Part shown: positions 62,349 through 64,000 of the stretch, piece after piece | How the letters are laid out: each line of letters begins with the position of its first letter | Numbering within the stretch: the stretch's first letter is position 1 | Source of the DNA: an uncultured Pseudomonadota bacterium | Lineage (GTDB): Bacteria; Myxococcota_A; Polyangia; Fen-1088 | Reading direction: 5' to 3' | Assembly (NCBI GenBank): GCA_963779495.1 | Contig: CAVZYM010000004.1 | Location: 25,497-89,496 of the forward strand | DNA: 64,000 nucleotides | Position numbers and translations under genes: made by a program | Notes under the pieces: model-generated | Told to the model about the DNA's origin: nothing | The model's database searches: none | What the model saw: only the letters and a program-made list of their open reading frames with translations

Positions 62349-64000
62349 ATGCGTTTTTCTCGTTTATTTCACTTTGGTTCTGGCTTGGGCCTCTGCGCGA
62401 CGGTGGCCCTGGCGGGCTGCGGGGGCTCGAACGACGATAGCGGTGCCGGCGGTAGCGGCGGCACCGTGGCAGGTTCGGGTGGAGGCGGCGGAGTCGGGGC
62501 CGGCGGCGCTGCCGGTACCGGTGTGGCGGGCAGTGACGGCGGGGCCGGTACCGGCGGCGCGGCAGCCGGGGTGGGCGGCGGCGCGCCGGTCGGTGGCAGC
62601 GGCGGTGCGGCCAGCGGTGGGAGAGGCGGCGCGCCGGTCGGTGGCAGCGGCGGCGCTCCGGTCGGCGGCAGCGGCGGCGGCGCGGGCGGCGCGCCTGTCG
62701 GCGGCAGCGGCGGCGGAGCGGTCGGTGGCGCGGGCGGCGCGCCTGTCGGTGGCAGCGGCGGCGGGGCGGTCAGCGGCGCGGGCGGCGGAGCGGTCGGTGG
62801 CGCGGGCGGCGGAGCGGTCGGTGGCGCGGGCGGCGCGCCTGTCGGTGGCAGCGGCGGCGGTCCGGTGGGAGGCAGCGGCGGCGCGGCGATCGTGCTGGCG
62901 GCGCCGCCGCCGGTCGGGTTCGCGGTCGTGAACAGCGACTTCTCCTCGACCAGCATCTCGCTGCTCAACAACAGCGGCGGCCTCGCGCACGCCGACTGCG
63001 TCCACTCGTCGACCTCCGGCGGCTCGAGCACCATCTCGAGCGATGTGACGCTCCCCTCGCAGCCGCAGCGCGGAAACCAGCTGGTGCTCATCGACCGCGG
63101 CAACGGCGCGCTCACCTTCCTCAATCCGACGACCTGCGAGATCGATCGGCAGTTCTCGGTGAAGGGCGGGCTCACCTTCCCGAACCCGCACGACGTCGTC
63201 ATTCTCGGCAACACGAAGGCCTACGTGACGCGCTACGAGCGCAACGCGGGCGTGACGCTGGGTGACGACCTCTACATCATCGATCCCGCGACCGGCGCGT
63301 CGGCGGGGCGGATCGATCTCAGCAGCTACGCCGCCCCGGTCTCGGGGAAGACGATCCAGGCCCGTCCCGATCGCGCGGTGCTCGCGAACGGTAAGGTGAT
63401 GGTGACGTTGAACAGCACGACGCCGTCGTACCCCTACACCTACGCGGAAGGGCGGCTGGTGGTCGTCGATCCCGCCACCGACACCGCCATCCAGAACTTG
63501 GCGCTGACGGGCCTCAAGAACTGCGAGGGGCTCGACTACCTGCCGGCGGCGAAGGTGGTGCTGGTCTCTTGCGCCGGCACGTTCAACTCGCCCGACCAGG
63601 CCCTGGAGTCGGGGATCGCGGTGGTCGACGTCGCGACGACGCCGATCAAGCTGAAACAGATCATCTCGGGGCAGGCGTTCGGCGCCGGTCCGGTGACCTT
63701 CCTCTGGGTGCTGGGCGCCCCGACGGCGACGCGGCCGAACCGCGCCTTCACCGCGACGTTCGGCTCGTTCGCCACGGCGACGTCGCCTGCGGCGCCGGAT
63801 CTGATCCAGATGTTCGACTTCGTCAGCGGCGCGACGACGTCGATCGCCTCGTCGACGGCGTTCGCTCTGGGCCGGCCCGCGGTGGGAAGCGGACGGTTGC
63901 TGATACCCGACGCGAAGGCGTCGCAGCCGCGCATCCACGTCTACGACATCACCGGCACGCCGACCGAGACCAGCGCGTTCGAGCCGGACCCGATCAACCA
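62349..64000 (+). CDS. Surface lipoprotein with about 150-aa Gly-rich linker and probable beta-propeller domain (runs off right edge)
   Basis: RBS AAGGAG; MRFSRLFHFGSGLGLCATVALAG-C lipobox; (GGAPVGGSG)n; then NPHDVVILGNTKAYVTRY, LYIIDPATG..AGRIDL, LVVVDPATD, IAVVDV blade-like motifs. Confidence 0.8.
   Translation, partial: MRFSRLFHFGSGLGLCATVALAGCGGSNDDSGAGGSGGTVAGSGGGGGVGAGGAAGTGVAGSDGGAGTGGAAAGVGGGAPVGGSGGAASGGRGGAPVGGSGGAPVGGSGGGAGGAPVGGSGGGAVGGAGGAPVGGSGGGAVSGAGGGAVGGAGGGAVGGAGGAPVGGSGGGPVGGSGGAAIVLAAPPPVGFAVVNSDFSSTSISLLNNSGGLAHADCVHSSTSGGSSTISSDVTLPSQPQRGNQLVLIDRGNGALTFLNPTTCEIDRQFSVKGGLTFPNPHDVVILGNTKAYVTRYERNAGVTLGDDLYIIDPATGASAGRIDLSSYAAPVSGKTIQARPDRAVLANGKVMVTLNSTTPSYPYTYAEGRLVVVDPATDTAIQNLALTGLKNCEGLDYLPAAKVVLVSCAGTFNSPDQALESGIAVVDVATTPIKLKQIISGQAFGAGPVTFLWVLGAPTATRPNRAFTATFGSFATATSPAAPDLIQMFDFVSGATTSIASSTAFALGRPAVGSGRLLIPDAKASQPRIHVYDITGTPTETSAFEPDPIN
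62440..62895 (+). repeat. Imperfect coding tandem repeats (GGAPVGGSGG / GGAVGGAGG)
   Basis: Recurrent GGCGGCGCGCC(G/T)GTCGG(T/C)GGCAGCGGC and GGCGGAGCGGTCGGTGGCGCG units. Confidence 0.85.

Noticed and set aside
62440-62895. Tandem repeats as a non-coding array
   Set aside because: They are in frame within the lipoprotein and encode a Gly-rich linker.
60267-64000. Apparent giant open frame fusing the TonB receptor to the downstream lipoprotein
   Set aside because: It arises from one extra base near 61812. The receptor's true C-terminus is in the next frame (stop 62325), and the lipoprotein has its own RBS, ATG and signal peptide.

Overview
Very GC-rich, gene-dense chromosomal segment. Gene content points to Myxococcota (inference): AglRQS-like motor operon, AgmX/PglI-type domain, fibro-slime/Cys-rich repeat protein, Ser/Thr kinase with a PEGA-like domain. 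Most of it is housekeeping (yggS, maf, yebC-ruvCAB, dapF, secG-tpiA-pgk, glpD, aspS, pepN, purU, nagB, DAHP synthase, M16 proteases, H+-PPase) plus envelope and surface genes. The right end carries a clear cobalamin riboswitch leading a btuC/btuD/btuB-like operon followed by a Gly-rich surface lipoprotein that runs off the window. No transposase, integrase, CRISPR array, rRNA or tRNA was seen. Roughly two dozen single-base indels, mostly +1 insertions and densest at 44.7-47.9 kb, break otherwise intact genes and look like long-read errors. The most unusual signals are: (i) a roughly 80-bp two-hairpin repeat with compensatory base changes, found four times, always in the gap between convergent genes and always in the same orientation; (ii) a B12-regulated lipoprotein that may be a BtuG-like propeller on a long Gly-rich tether; (iii) a sigma54/IHF-type promoter driving a standalone 73-aa protein; (iv) an H+-PPase directly behind a proton-driven motor operon. 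All family calls are by eye from motifs; no database search was run.
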